Positions 16,050 to 25,116 are shown, counted from the first letter of the stretch. The stretch is DNA of 32,000 nt from Prochlorococcus sp. MIT 0801 (GCF_000757865.1 NZ_CP007754.1:1050001-1082000), one strand, 5' to 3'. Numbers and translations: made by a program. The notes: generated from the sequence alone by a model not told the origin.

Positions 16050-17132
16050 ATGACCACTATTCAGCAGCAGCGTTCTTCGTTGCTCAAAGGTTGGCCACAA
16101 TTCTGCGAGTGGGTTACTTCCACCAACAACCGTATCTATGTCGGTTGGTTCGGTGTATTGATGATCCCTTGCCTTCTTGCGGCAACAACTTGTTTCATCG
16201 TTGCATTTATCGCTGCTCCTCCAGTTGATATCGACGGTATCCGTGAGCCAGTAGCTGGTTCATTCATGTATGGAAACAACATCATTTCTGGTGCTGTTGT
16301 TCCTTCAAGTAACGCTATCGGCCTTCACTTCTACCCAATCTGGGAAGCAGCAACTCTTGATGAGTGGCTATATAACGGCGGCCCTTACCAGCTTGTAATC
16401 TTCCACTTCCTTATTGGTATCTCTGCATACATGGGACGTCAGTGGGAGCTTTCATACCGTTTAGGTATGCGCCCATGGATCTGTGTTGCTTACTCAGCAC
16501 CTGTATCAGCAGCTTTCGCTGTATTCCTTGTTTACCCATTCGGTCAGGGTTCATTCTCTGATGGTATGCCTCTAGGAATCTCTGGAACATTCAACTTCAT
16601 GTTCGTTTTCCAGGCTGAGCACAACATCTTGATGCACCCATTCCATATGGCTGGTGTAGCAGGTATGTTCGGTGGTGCTTTGTTCTCTGCAATGCACGGT
16701 TCTTTGGTTACTTCATCACTTATCCGTGAGACCACAGGACTTGATTCACAGAACTACGGTTACAAGTTTGGACAAGAAGAAGAGACATACAACATCGTTG
16801 CAGCTCATGGCTACTTCGGTCGTTTGATCTTCCAATATGCAAGCTTCAACAACAGCCGTAGCCTTCACTTCTTCTTGGCTTCATGGCCAGTGATTTGTGT
16901 TTGGTTGACATCTATGGGCATCTGCACCATGGCGTTCAACTTGAACGGTTTCAACTTCAACCAGTCTGTAGTTGATACTTCAGGCAAGGTTGTACCAACC
17001 TGGGGTGACGTACTTAACCGTGCAAACCTTGGTATGGAAGTAATGCACGAGCGTAATGCTCACAACTTCCCACTTGACCTAGCAGCTGCTGAGTCTACTT
17101 CTGTAGCTCTTGTTGCACCTGCAATCGGTTAA
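16050..17132 (+). CDS. psbA: Photosystem II reaction-centre protein D1
   Basis: 360 aa with [40 protein letters not shown]..., [23 protein letters not shown] and [14 protein letters not shown] motifs. Codon usage is GC-richer than the flanks. Confidence 0.98.
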   Translation: MTTIQQQRSSLLKGWPQFCEWVTSTNNRIYVGWFGVLMIPCLLAATTCFIVAFIAAPPVDIDGIREPVAGSFMYGNNIISGAVVPSSNAIGLHFYPIWEAATLDEWLYNGGPYQLVIFHFLIGISAYMGRQWELSYRLGMRPWICVAYSAPVSAAFAVFLVYPFGQGSFSDGMPLGISGTFNFMFVFQAEHNILMHPFHMAGVAGMFGGALFSAMHGSLVTSSLIRETTGLDSQNYGYKFGQEEETYNIVAAHGYFGRLIFQYASFNNSRSLHFFLASWPVICVWLTSMGICTMAFNLNGFNFNQSVVDTSGKVVPTWGDVLNRANLGMEVMHERNAHNFPLDLAAAESTSVALVAPAIG

Positions 17133-17151
17133 GTCTTTAACTTGATTTTTT

Positions 17152-17180
17152 AAAGCCCTCTTTTAGAGGGCTTTTTTTTT
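17152..17180 (+). terminator. Rho-independent terminator of psbA
   Basis: Perfect 9-bp stem aaagccctc / gagggcttt with a 5-nt loop, followed by a T-run. Confidence 0.8.
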
Positions 17181-17337
17181 GCAATTTTGGATTTAATAAA
17201 AATAAAAGGAGGGCAACAAGAAATTCTTTATATGGAGTTGTAACTGTTAAGTCCTATATCTCAACCTCTATGCAAAACCTATTAGAGGTTTATAAAGAAA
17301 CAACTGTTTACTACTTATCTTCACGTAGCTCCGCGAA

Positions 17338-17976
17338 ATGAATATATCAAAATTCCTATTAATTGATGCTGTATTAGTAATTGCAGCAATCCCACTTCTA
17401 TTTTTTGTTTCAGGTGGCAAAAGAAAATCTCCACTTTTACGAAGTTCAAGTAAAGAAGATTTATTGAGAAAAGCCTCATGCAAACTCCCTGACAAAGAAA
17501 AGCTTATAGAACTTGAAAAATTCGCAAAAAAACAAGGTAGTGGAATTGAATGCGATTCAATTATTGGAATTTGGAAATTTATATCAATATGGAAAAAAGA
17601 CATCGACGAGGAAGATCCTGTATTTAGTTCATTGCTTAGAGTCTTCTATGCAAAAATAGAGTTCAAAAGAGACCTTTTAACTGAAAATTCAACTGAATTC
17701 TCTGTTATCGCCTCAATTCAATTTGGTATTTTCAGCATTGTTTTTTCAGGAACTGGTTATTTAAAAGGAAAACAACCTTTAGTAGCATTCTGTTTAAATC
17801 TAATTGAACTCAAATCAGGTTCAAATATTTTATTGAAAAGATCTCTTAAAGAACCGAAAGAAAAGGAGAAGTCATTTTTTGCCTTGATTGCATTAGAAGA
17901 AAACGACGAATTACTTTCAGCCAGAGGTCAAGGAGGTGAAGTCGTGCTTTGGTTGAAAGATTGCATTCATAAGTAA
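17338..17976 (+). CDS. Hypothetical protein with N-terminal TM; possibly PAP/fibrillin-like
   Basis: 212-aa ORF with an ATG start. GIWKFISIWKK... and the C-terminal ...LLSARGQGGEVVLWLKD loosely resemble fibrillin-family motifs. The functional call is weak. Confidence 0.55.
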   Translation: MNISKFLLIDAVLVIAAIPLLFFVSGGKRKSPLLRSSSKEDLLRKASCKLPDKEKLIELEKFAKKQGSGIECDSIIGIWKFISIWKKDIDEEDPVFSSLLRVFYAKIEFKRDLLTENSTEFSVIASIQFGIFSIVFSGTGYLKGKQPLVAFCLNLIELKSGSNILLKRSLKEPKEKEKSFFALIALEENDELLSARGQGGEVVLWLKDCIHK

Positions 17977-18072
17977 AGAAGTTCAGATTAATCACTAAAG
18001 TCATTCATGAATTTTGTATGAACTTCTATTTGCACGCATTTAAATTGAATACTGCTTACAATTGAATTTTAA

Positions 18073-18918
18073 ATGCCCGAAGGACCAGAGATAAGACGCG
18101 CAGCAGATAGGATTAGTAAAGTTTTAATTGGCAAAGAAATTATTGAAAGTAATTTTTACTATGAAGGGATAAAAGAGAAAGAGGGGAAAGTCAAAAACAA
18201 AAATATCAAAGAGATAACAACTAGAGGAAAGGCAATGATTATTCGTTTCATAAATGATTAGTCAATGTATAGACATAATCAGTTATTTGGAAGATGGACA
18301 GTCAATTCTAATACAACAAATATCAAATCAAGAAGAGCTCTTAGAGTAGCTTTCACAACAAATAAACATACTGTCAGATTGTGGTCAGCGACAGATATTG
18401 AACTTATTCCAACCGATGAAGAAAGTGAACATTCATTCTTAAAAAAAATTGGGTCCGATGTCCTGAATGAATCATGTAGTTTAGAATTAATAGAAGAAAG
18501 ATTAACGTCGAAAAGTTTCCATAAAAAGAAAGCCTCAACTTTGATGCTGGATCAGGCTGTCTTTGCTGGATAAGGGAACTACCTTCGCTCAGAAATCTTA
18601 TTCGATGCAAAAATACATCCAGATGATAGACCGTTTGATCTTGATAAAACGAGAATTACCGAATGGGCAAAATCAATAAAAAACATCTCACAGTTAGCGT
18701 ATAAAACTGGAGGTTTTACAGTCTCGAAATCATTAGCAGATAGAAACAAAGAGAATGGAGAGCCAAGAAGATCCAATAGACATGCGGTTTTCAGGAGACA
18801 CCAATATGAATGTTTAAATTGCAAGGATCGTATAGAAAGGAAATGGTATGGGAAAAGGAAAGTTGATTATTGCCCTAGCTGTCAAATTGAAAGAGGTAAA
18901 AGCAAACCCTACAGATAA
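18073..18918 (+). pseudogene. nei: Endonuclease VIII / Fpg-family DNA glycosylase (nei) interrupted by two in-frame stop codons
   Basis: A single frame reads MPEGPEIRRAADR...RFIND[TAG 18259-18261]SMYRHNQLFGRW...LMLDQAVFAG[TAA 18574-18576]GNYLRSEILF...ECLNCKDRIERK...YCPSCQ. The N-terminal catalytic MPEGPE, the H2TH motif and the zinc finger are all present. Confidence 0.85.
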
Positions 18919-18996
18919 TGTTTTTTAGCAATTGGCGAACGATAAAAATTTAGGCAACATGTTTTTTGATGAACGTATATCAAAAGATAGACATAC

Positions 18997-19539
18997 TTAA
19001 TTATTGATTGGCTTAAAAAAATCGGCTACCAAAAAATTCTTCCTTTTTAGTAAAGCAAATGTTGTCCCCTTATAACCTCTACATACTCGCAATTTATCAG
19101 TCAATACGGTTGTATCTAGCCAACCCGTTTGAGTCATTTTTAATTTCTGATAAAAAGACAATGTTTTTTCCAAACAACTGAGGGCCTATTATCCCTGCTT
19201 TTTCAAAGGTTACGTTTATTCGTTTTTGATCAATAATATCCAACTTTGCCAAAATATTCGTCGATAAGGCTTTTCCAAGAAATCCCTTAAGACTCAGGAA
19301 GTTAAGTCCTCTGCCTTTCTCTAAATCTAATATTTGAAGATTATGTAAAAACGGTGAATAATTTAGAACAGGAGATTTTGAATTACTCCATCTCAATTCC
19401 CATACGCCTCTAAGATGGCCCAATTGCTTAATTATGTCTGGAGAAGAATCCTGTTCAGATAGTTTAATCAACTTCTCAAATTTTTTTTTGATTTTGGCGA
19501 TTGCTCAAGAGTTTCTATTAATTTTGATGTGTTATTCAT
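18997..19539 (-). pseudogene. PAP/fibrillin-like gene with two apparent frameshifts
   Basis: The track ORF 19097-19471 ends ...NDSNGLARYNRID*. A 1-nt frame change at the ccc run (19124-19126) gives GWLDTTVLTDKLRVCRGYKGTTFALLKR, a fibrillin C-terminal-like motif. The upstream ATG at 19539 is out of frame across a 9-nt T-run (19481-19489). Confidence 0.55.
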
Positions 19540-19701
19540 GATTTAATTAATTGATTATTAGATAAAGTTGATCAAAATCTACTTCTATGAAGTAAAGAGG
19601 GTGAAATAGTTTTCACTGGCTTTACTTGAACTAATGAAAGTATGAAATTTTTTTAGGGTTATTTTTGACATGATCTCTTTTTCCGATCTTATTAGATAAA
19701 A

Positions 19702-19836
19702 CTAACTTCTAAAAGGAGAGTTATAGTATGCTTTATTAACGGTATAAAGAGTGTAAAGAGAGACAGCTATACCTAAAAATCCAACTACTAAAATTGGTGA
19801 AAAAGATGGGAAAGAATAGGTAGGAATAGAAGTCAT
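19702..19836 (-). CDS. 44-aa single-TM mini-protein
   Basis: Manual translation MTSIPTYSFPSFSPILVVGFLGIAVSLYTLYTVNKAYYNSPFRS. Confidence 0.4.
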   Translation of the reverse strand: MTSIPTYSFPSFSPILVVGFLGIAVSLYTLYTVNKAYYNSPFRS

Positions 19837-19885
19837 AATAACCTAAAGATTGCCATTATGTTCTAAAAGATCTGAATATAATATG

Positions 19886-19969
19886 GCAGGGGTTTTCACG
19901 GTAGTAGATCACGGTTAACCCTACAACGGATTAACCCAGAGAAAGGAGGTAATAGCCATCTTGTTTTTT
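19886..19969 (+). ncRNA. Candidate small RNA (GC-rich element A)
   Basis: A perfect TATAAT box at 19876-19881, a GC-rich body containing GGTTAACCCTACAACGG and AAGGAGGTAATAGCC, and a T7 run at 19963-19969. No ORF. It resembles the element at 29272-29339. Confidence 0.3.
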
Positions 19970-19981
19970 TCTTTGGAGTCT

Positions 19982-20341
19982 TTAAGAAGTTCTTTCTTTA
20001 AATTGATGAGGTATTGGAAAATCTTCTCGTATTTGTTTTAAACGTTTTTTGTAAATAGTTTCGTAATCTGGATCACGGCTTTTATATGCGTTGTAATTTT
20101 GCCCTTCAAAATCTTCTTCTTTAATTAACTCTTCTACTTGCTTAATAAGGTCTCTGTAGATATTTGCTCCTACTATCTGTTCTTTAGTAAGTTCGCTTCC
20201 ATGAGAATCAGCGTATTGAATAATCCCTTTGTAGGTAAAAAGCCATTGTCTCCTTGCCAGTGGATCTAATGCGATAACTTCCTTAACTATAAAACTTGTA
20301 CAAAGTTTGAACTTTACTTCTAAATCGTTAGTGTCAATCAC
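19982..20341 (-). CDS. Hypothetical protein (119 aa)
   Basis: Long ORF for this AT content with varied, charged composition. GTG start and no internal Met. Confidence 0.5.
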   Translation of the reverse strand: MIDTNDLEVKFKLCTSFIVKEVIALDPLARRQWLFTYKGIIQYADSHGSELTKEQIVGANIYRDLIKQVEELIKEEDFEGQNYNAYKSRDPDYETIYKKRLKQIREDFPIPHQFKERTS

Positions 20342-20495
20342 AAAGGAAGAAAATTATCGCCTCTGGATTGTAGATGGAAATTTCAAATTCATTCATTCGG
20401 TTTGAATCCCTCAACAGAAATAGTTTTAATTTCATTATCAATTGAGTGATGTTGATTCATTTTTATTTGGCAAGCTCAATCTTATAAACTGTATC

Positions 20496-20726
20496 TTAAC
20501 AATTATTCCTTTTATCCCATTCGATAGCAAAATCACAAGTCATAGCCGCTCCAAGTTTTTCCATATCTAAGACATTCATAAGTAAATGTGATTTATGCTC
20601 GTCAACTTTCACTAACTCATAAGCATCCACAAACTCCCTACAAAGATCTTCAAGAAATAAGTTACTAACGTCATTTTCAAAAGAATCAAAAGTACAGCTA
20701 AAGGTAGAAACGATAAAAGTATTCAT
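20496..20726 (-). CDS. Hypothetical protein (76 aa)
   Basis: ATG-initiated ORF with acidic, protein-like composition. Confidence 0.5.
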   Translation of the reverse strand: MNTFIVSTFSCTFDSFENDVSNLFLEDLCREFVDAYELVKVDEHKSHLLMNVLDMEKLGAAMTCDFAIEWDKRNNC

Positions 20727-20857
20727 TAAAACTTATTGATAATAGCGTTGCACAATTACCTTGAAATTTCTGTTGGGAATGATATCTCTTCAGGCTCTTC
20801 TGACATATCAGGATAATTAATACTTTCGGCTCTACAAGTATGGGTTGGTGAATTTCA

Positions 20858-21184
20858 TTAGAATTTCATGGCCTCTTCGATGATAGAAATCTCTCTGGTG
20901 TTTCTTCTAGTAAGTCCACGCAGGTCTAATTGAAAACGTATTACCTCCAATGCAAGCTTGTTAAATCGAAAGGTGGCTTGGACATATCCATGTGAGTAAT
21001 CAGATTCAAAATATCCAAAACCTTTCAAGTCTTTTACGAGTAAATAGCTATCAAAAATTTTGCTGTACCACCTGATCAGCATACTGTTATCCATAATGTC
21101 AGCGATAGCTATACGGGATATGGTCTTAGTTCTTACAGCAAAGTAATCATTAAGGTCTTGGTAAATAGGTAAATAGAATTTCAT
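20858..21184 (-). CDS. Hypothetical protein (108 aa)
   Basis: ATG-initiated ORF with aromatic-rich, globular-looking composition. Confidence 0.55.
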   Translation of the reverse strand: MKFYLPIYQDLNDYFAVRTKTISRIAIADIMDNSMLIRWYSKIFDSYLLVKDLKGFGYFESDYSHGYVQATFRFNKLALEVIRFQLDLRGLTRRNTREISIIEEAMKF

Positions 21185-21710
21185 TAATCCTTTCTAGCTG
21201 ATCTTTATCTCATAACAAATGTAATATGTAATCTCAATTTTAGGGCTATAAAAAACATAGGAGGCTAAACAGCTTCAATTAATTTATAGGACTGTTGATC
21301 GATGGTTTCATTTGCTAGAGCAAGAACAAGATCATTGCTTTCAAGGCTATGGCCTGTGACAGAAAAGCCCATCAAAAATAAAGAAATTGAATTAAACAAG
21401 TCCAAAAAGCTGATTACAGATATTGCCGAGCAAAACAAGTGTTTCTTGGAAGCAAGCAAGAATGGTGGACTCTGGTTTTCTTAGGTCATTGACTTCAAGG
21501 CAGAATAGAGACCTATCTCTGAATGATTATGGCGGAAGGATTAGGACTAGATATCAAGTCCTCCAAAAACAAGCTAATAGTTATGGGGAAATTTATTTAA
21601 TTGGAATCACCAAAATAAAAAGAACTATTTTGCTAATTCTTTAAACCAGCAAAGTATTGAAACTTAAAACATCGAATTCTTTTAAAAGAAAATAAATTAT
21701 TGAACGTCAA

Positions 21711-22253
21711 TTATTTATTTGCCTCTTCTTCAATGTGTTTTTTAAGGGTATAACCATGACAATCAAATGGATATTCAGCCCTAGTCATCTCGCTTGCCTG
21801 AGTCTTATCAGCATCATTACCTCTAAATTTTCGACAATCACATATAAAGTCCATCTTTATTCCATCTTTATAATCCTTCACTCTCGCATCTAACCATTCT
21901 TTTGCTTGCTCTGGCATCTCATCACAAGCAATCCATGACCCCCAGAACAGTGCATCAAACATTTGTATTGCTTCTGCTCTTTTATTTGGCCCTGCCAGCT
22001 CCTCACAAAAATTTCTTACTGGACAGTCTTTTCTGCTGATATAAAACTTTTTAGCTTGATTCTCATAGCCTCTAACATATGTTTTTTTATTATTTACTGC
22101 GTCCAAAGCAGCGTTTAATTGATCTCCTCCAAAAGTATTGGTTATTCGCGCTTTATCGATTGATATCTGAACAGTCAGTTCAGTTTCACTTTCATTAGCG
22201 ACATCATCTCTTCTGACATCAAATTGTCCAAGCACTTCAATTTGTTCAGTCAT
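21711..22253 (-). CDS. Hypothetical protein (180 aa), paralog of 24111-24533
   Basis: Blocks shared with the paralog: YVRG...ISRKDCPVRNF, FDALFWGSW, EWLDARVKDYKDG and HGYTLKKHIE. Confidence 0.7.
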   Translation of the reverse strand: MTEQIEVLGQFDVRRDDVANESETELTVQISIDKARITNTFGGDQLNAALDAVNNKKTYVRGYENQAKKFYISRKDCPVRNFCEELAGPNKRAEAIQMFDALFWGSWIACDEMPEQAKEWLDARVKDYKDGIKMDFICDCRKFRGNDADKTQASEMTRAEYPFDCHGYTLKKHIEEEANK

Positions 22254-22313
22254 CTAGGTGAAACTCTTCTTCCATTAGATTGAATGATTTTAATCTAATT
22301 TGTTCAAAACGAT

Positions 22314-22655
22314 CTATGGCTTAAAGAGAAAAGTCCTTTTAATTATTAATTGATGCTTCATCCCAATTATCTCGCTTTTTGAAAGAACTTTTCCATTTCT
22401 GACTTGGTACTCTAATCCAAAAAGTTGATTGCTTAACTGATCCATTTGACAGACTCTTTTGGAAACTCTTTTTATTTTCCATTTCCTTTGCATACCACCA
22501 ACAACTTTTTTCCAGTCTTTTTTCCAAATGAGATAAGTGCCTCCTTCATGAACCCATTTATTACATTCTTTTCTAGCCTCTATTTTATCAAAGGTATCTG
22601 CATTCAGAGGAGAGAAAAGAATCAAGACTATTACGAGCAATAACGAGCGTTTCAT
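22314..22655 (-). CDS. Small secreted protein (signal peptide), unknown function
   Basis: From the ATG at 22655: MKRSLLLVIVLILFSPLNA|DTFDKIEARKECNKW... The track start at 22688 is TTG. Confidence 0.55.
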   Translation of the reverse strand: MKRSLLLVIVLILFSPLNADTFDKIEARKECNKWVHEGGTYLIWKKDWKKVVGGMQRKWKIKRVSKRVCQMDQLSNQLFGLEYQVRNGKVLSKSEIIGMKHQLIIKRTFLFKP

Positions 22656-22857
22656 AAAGCAATCATGATTTGAAAGTTCATTGCTCAAACCAAATCAAGT
22701 CGTGTAATCCAACTCCCAGATAAGAAAAAGAAGAGTAGGAACCACTTATCAATAAGATTTTCAATATTAATTCAATTTTTTCCAAAGGAAATATCAGATT
22801 AACTTTATAAATTTCTAGCTGACTCTTGATTCTGCAGTTATAGCTAAGAAGCTATGA

Positions 22858-23061
22858 CTAATTGATTTTCACACCATTACAGTTTAAGCCGCTGCACTGA
22901 AGCTTGAATAAGAGAGATAAAACAAAATGATGAAAGGTTGGAGATGCCTTATCTAGCCCGATGAGAAATATCAATAAAGAAATTAATGTCATTGAAAGAT
23001 ATTGCATCCAGTGAATACCTAGGCTATCTAACCCATAATTATTAAATTCTTTGATCTCCAT
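22858..23061 (-). CDS. Hypothetical membrane protein (67 aa)
   Basis: ATG-initiated ORF with a central TM (YLSMTLISLLIFLIGL). Confidence 0.4.
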   Translation of the reverse strand: MEIKEFNNYGLDSLGIHWMQYLSMTLISLLIFLIGLDKASPTFHHFVLSLLFKLQCSGLNCNGVKIN

Positions 23062-23233
23062 TAGATTTTTGGAAATACTAACTTAAAAAAATTTAAGTAG
23101 TGGCTTTAGTTAAGCGCAGCTTTAGATAAAACTTATTTATTGGCTCCTTTACTGAAAGAATTTTCACGTAGAATTCATCAAAATTTTGAATCAGCGGCTT
23201 AAAAGGGTTCATATCCATTGGATTGTCCTATAA

Positions 23234-23347
23234 CTAAACGATTACTGAAGTGCCAATTTGGAATGCACCGGCCAAGAGCAGTAATACAGGAAGGTTCCAA
23301 AGGACTAGAACTTTCAAAGCAGTTTTTTTATAAGTTGCTGCAGTCAT
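23234..23347 (-). CDS. 37-aa membrane mini-protein (family 1)
   Basis: MTAATYKKTALKVLVLWNLPVLLLLAGAFQIGTSVIV, similar to the 14591 and 28675 copies. Confidence 0.5.
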   Translation of the reverse strand: MTAATYKKTALKVLVLWNLPVLLLLAGAFQIGTSVIV

Positions 23348-23491
23348 TTTGACTTGGGGAAGGAATAACTTCAGAGAAAGATAGACCTGAATCTCTGAAA
23401 GTCCAATCATAAGAAAATACTTAGTTTGAGTGAGGTTCGGGCGGGGTAGGGCTAACCGTGGAATAAATTTTTCTTATGGATCTGAAACTTT

Positions 23492-23608
23492 TTAACCCTG
23501 CATCATATAAACAAGAAATCCACTGAAAATAGCAAGTTTTCCGACGACAAAGTAAGGAATAAACTTTTTGATTCTTGTTTCAGCTAATGCTTTCGTATTT
23601 GAAGTCAT
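23492..23608 (-). CDS. 38-aa membrane mini-protein (family 4)
   Basis: MTSNTKALAETRIKKFIPYFVVGKLAIFSGFLVYMMQG. ATGA overlap with the upstream ORF. Resembles 28426-28545. Confidence 0.45.
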   Translation of the reverse strand: MTSNTKALAETRIKKFIPYFVVGKLAIFSGFLVYMMQG

Positions 23609-23721
23609 ATAAGACCTAAGCTCCCAAAAGTGAAACCAACTCCGCAGAAGAAAACAAATTCAGCTAAATCTCTGCATCCTGATGGGATTGAATTTAATGC
23701 AACGTTAATTCGTTGAGCCAT
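23605..23721 (-). CDS. 38-aa membrane mini-protein
   Basis: MAQRINVALNSIPSGCRDLAEFVFFCGVGFTFGSLGLI. Its stop overlaps the next ATG (ATGA). Confidence 0.4.
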   Translation of the reverse strand: MAQRINVALNSIPSGCRDLAEFVFFCGVGFTFGSLGLI

Positions 23722-24110
23722 TTGACCTTGTACTCGCAGGTGAATGTGGAAAGATACTATAAAATTAAGAACAAATACCCAGACACGTGACAGTTTAAAG
23801 GTGGGGTTTTCGAGAATTAGTTAAACTTATGATTCATAATCTCTTTCACTTCAACGTAGTTGTAAAAAATCCAACAAACAAAGCTCTCCAAAAATAATGA
23901 CCCATTGAGAAGAATCCTTTAAAAGCTCTTTTCCTTTATTTTTAATTTATATATGCAAGCCTAAAAAAGAATAGCTTTATAAATCCGATCATGCAGCTTA
24001 AAAATTTTATTTTTTCTGACTTATAAATAAGCATTTACAAGTCAAAAAATAGATCACATATAAAAGTTTATTAGTTCCTAATGAATTTTAAGGAGCTGTC
24101 TTCAATAAAT

Positions 24111-24533
24111 TTATTTAGCTAAATATTCAATATAATTTTTCAAAGTAAAACCATGAGAATCATCATTACCTTTTACAAAATCAATATCATCAATAAGGTC
24201 TAAATTATGTCCCGCCATTAGCTCCTTCACTCTGGCATTAAACCAATCCTTGAGAGGTTTCTCTATTGCATCTTTTTGATGTTGAGACCATAGATAAGTA
24301 TCAAAAGCTTTTACAGCATCCTCTCTGCTCCACTTTGGTAGACCAAGAAAATGATTTTTAACAGGACAATCTTTTCTATTTATATAGTGTTTTATCGCAG
24401 TCTTAGACATCCCTCTTACATACCGTTCTTCTGCATGTGTATTTTTAACTAACAACTGTCCTGCAGTATTTTCATCTTTAACTTGAACCTCCCTCCTAAG
24501 ATCCTTGAGACCTAAAACTTGTATTGGATCCAT
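24111..24533 (-). CDS. Hypothetical protein (140 aa), paralog of 21711-22253
   Basis: Blocks shared with the paralog: YVRG...INRKDCPVKNHF, FDTYLWSQH, DWFNARVKELMAGH and HGFTLKNYIE. Confidence 0.7.
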   Translation of the reverse strand: MDPIQVLGLKDLRREVQVKDENTAGQLLVKNTHAEERYVRGMSKTAIKHYINRKDCPVKNHFLGLPKWSREDAVKAFDTYLWSQHQKDAIEKPLKDWFNARVKELMAGHNLDLIDDIDFVKGNDDSHGFTLKNYIEYLAK

Positions 24534-24535
24534 AA

Positions 24536-24637
24536 CTAGTTGGCTTTTTTAGTATCACTGAATTTCAACCAAAAACTATTGAATACATTTTTCCAATAAT
24601 TAATCACAGAATCAGGGATAGGTTTATCTAGGGGCAT
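24536..24637 (-). CDS. 33-aa hypothetical mini-protein
   Basis: MPLDKPIPDSVINYWKNVFNSFWLKFSDTKKAN. Its stop lies 2 nt before the next ATG. Confidence 0.3.
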   Translation of the reverse strand: MPLDKPIPDSVINYWKNVFNSFWLKFSDTKKAN

Positions 24638-24871
24638 TTGGTAAAAAGAACTTCAAACATTATTTTTAGCCGCTTTTCATGCCCAGACAGAATTTGTATC
24701 ACTTCCTCACCATGAACAAATTTGATTTCGCCTGAATAAAGGTTTGCGACTTGAAAAGGTTTGGGGGGAGTTGGGTCTCTAGCTCCTCCAACAAATGAAA
24801 AAACTTTCGCAATATCATCTTCTCCAACAAGAACAGTATCTCCAATTTTAACTTTTAAGAATTATGGTCAT
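24628..24871 (-). pseudogene. About 80-aa ORF separated from its ATG by a 1-nt frameshift in a 4-nt homopolymer
   Basis: The ATG at 24871 gives MTIILKS*. Removing one base of the run at 24853-24856 gives MTIILKVKIGDTVLVGEDDIAKVFSFVGGARDPTPPKPFQVANLYSGEIKFVHGEEVIQILSGHEKRLKIMFEVLFTKCP. Confidence 0.4.
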
Positions 24872-25026
24872 CCCTCTTTTTCATTTGTTCCGTTTCTGAT
24901 TAATGGTTTCTTTGGAAAAAAGAACGTGACTAATAGATCAAAAAAATTTCCTAGTGAAACGAATCAACCTCCACCAACATAGATGAGTTGGTTTGCTTGT
25001 TTAGAGACTTCAAGGATTGATATCAT
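24868..25026 (-). pseudogene. Paralog of 31503-31739 interrupted by an in-frame TGA
   Basis: MISILEVSKQANQLIYVGGG[TGA 24964-24966]FVSLGNFFDLLVTFFFPKKPLIRNGTNEKEG, compared with the intact ...TNLLIYVGGGGFVLLGAFYFGRIVTFFFPNNPLIKKGKKENE. The stop sits where the paralog has Gly. Confidence 0.55.
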
Positions 25027-25114
25027 TCTTTTTAAATTTCCTTGCGATCAAGACAAAAGATAGTGCCCCTAAGACAAGGGCAATATCAACAAGCAAGTGA
25101 TAGTTGATATCCAT
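25010..25114 (-). CDS. 34-aa membrane mini-protein
   Basis: Manual translation MDINYHLLVDIALVLGALSFVLIARKFKKNDINP. Confidence 0.3.
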   Translation of the reverse strand: MDINYHLLVDIALVLGALSFVLIARKFKKNDINP

Positions 25115-25116
25115 TC

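Noticed and set aside
16016-17603. ORFs 16016-16228 (+), 16544-16735 (-) and 17268-17603 (-)
   Set aside because: They overlap psbA or the 17338-17976 CDS in other frames or on the other strand. psbA identity is unambiguous.
18404-18824. Minus-strand ORFs 18404-18610 and 18579-18824
   Set aside because: They are antisense to the nei pseudogene, whose frame shows clear family motifs.
21265-21644. Three mutually overlapping ORFs (21265-21459 -, 21302-21484 +, 21423-21644 +)
   Set aside because: I cannot decide which, if any, is real. Two have TTG starts and none has recognisable motifs. An AGGACT/AGTCCT hairpin at about 21543-21562 hints the region might be non-coding.
22339-22643. ORFs 22339-22527 (-) and 22446-22643 (+)
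   Set aside because: They are alternative-frame or antisense overlaps of the signal-peptide protein 22314-22655.
19903-23461. Inverted 15-nt match (cacggttaaccctac at 19903-19917 versus gtagggctaaccgtg at 23447-23461) as terminal inverted repeats of a mobile element or as tRNA-derived att sites
   Set aside because: The similarity does not extend convincingly beyond about 15 nt. No transposase lies between the two copies, and the sequences do not fold or read as tRNA 3' halves. They are better treated as copies of the recurrent GC-rich motif.
24761-24982. Plus-strand 73-aa ORF
   Set aside because: It is antisense to the coupled minus-strand operon, whose frames have a paralog elsewhere in the window (31503-31739).
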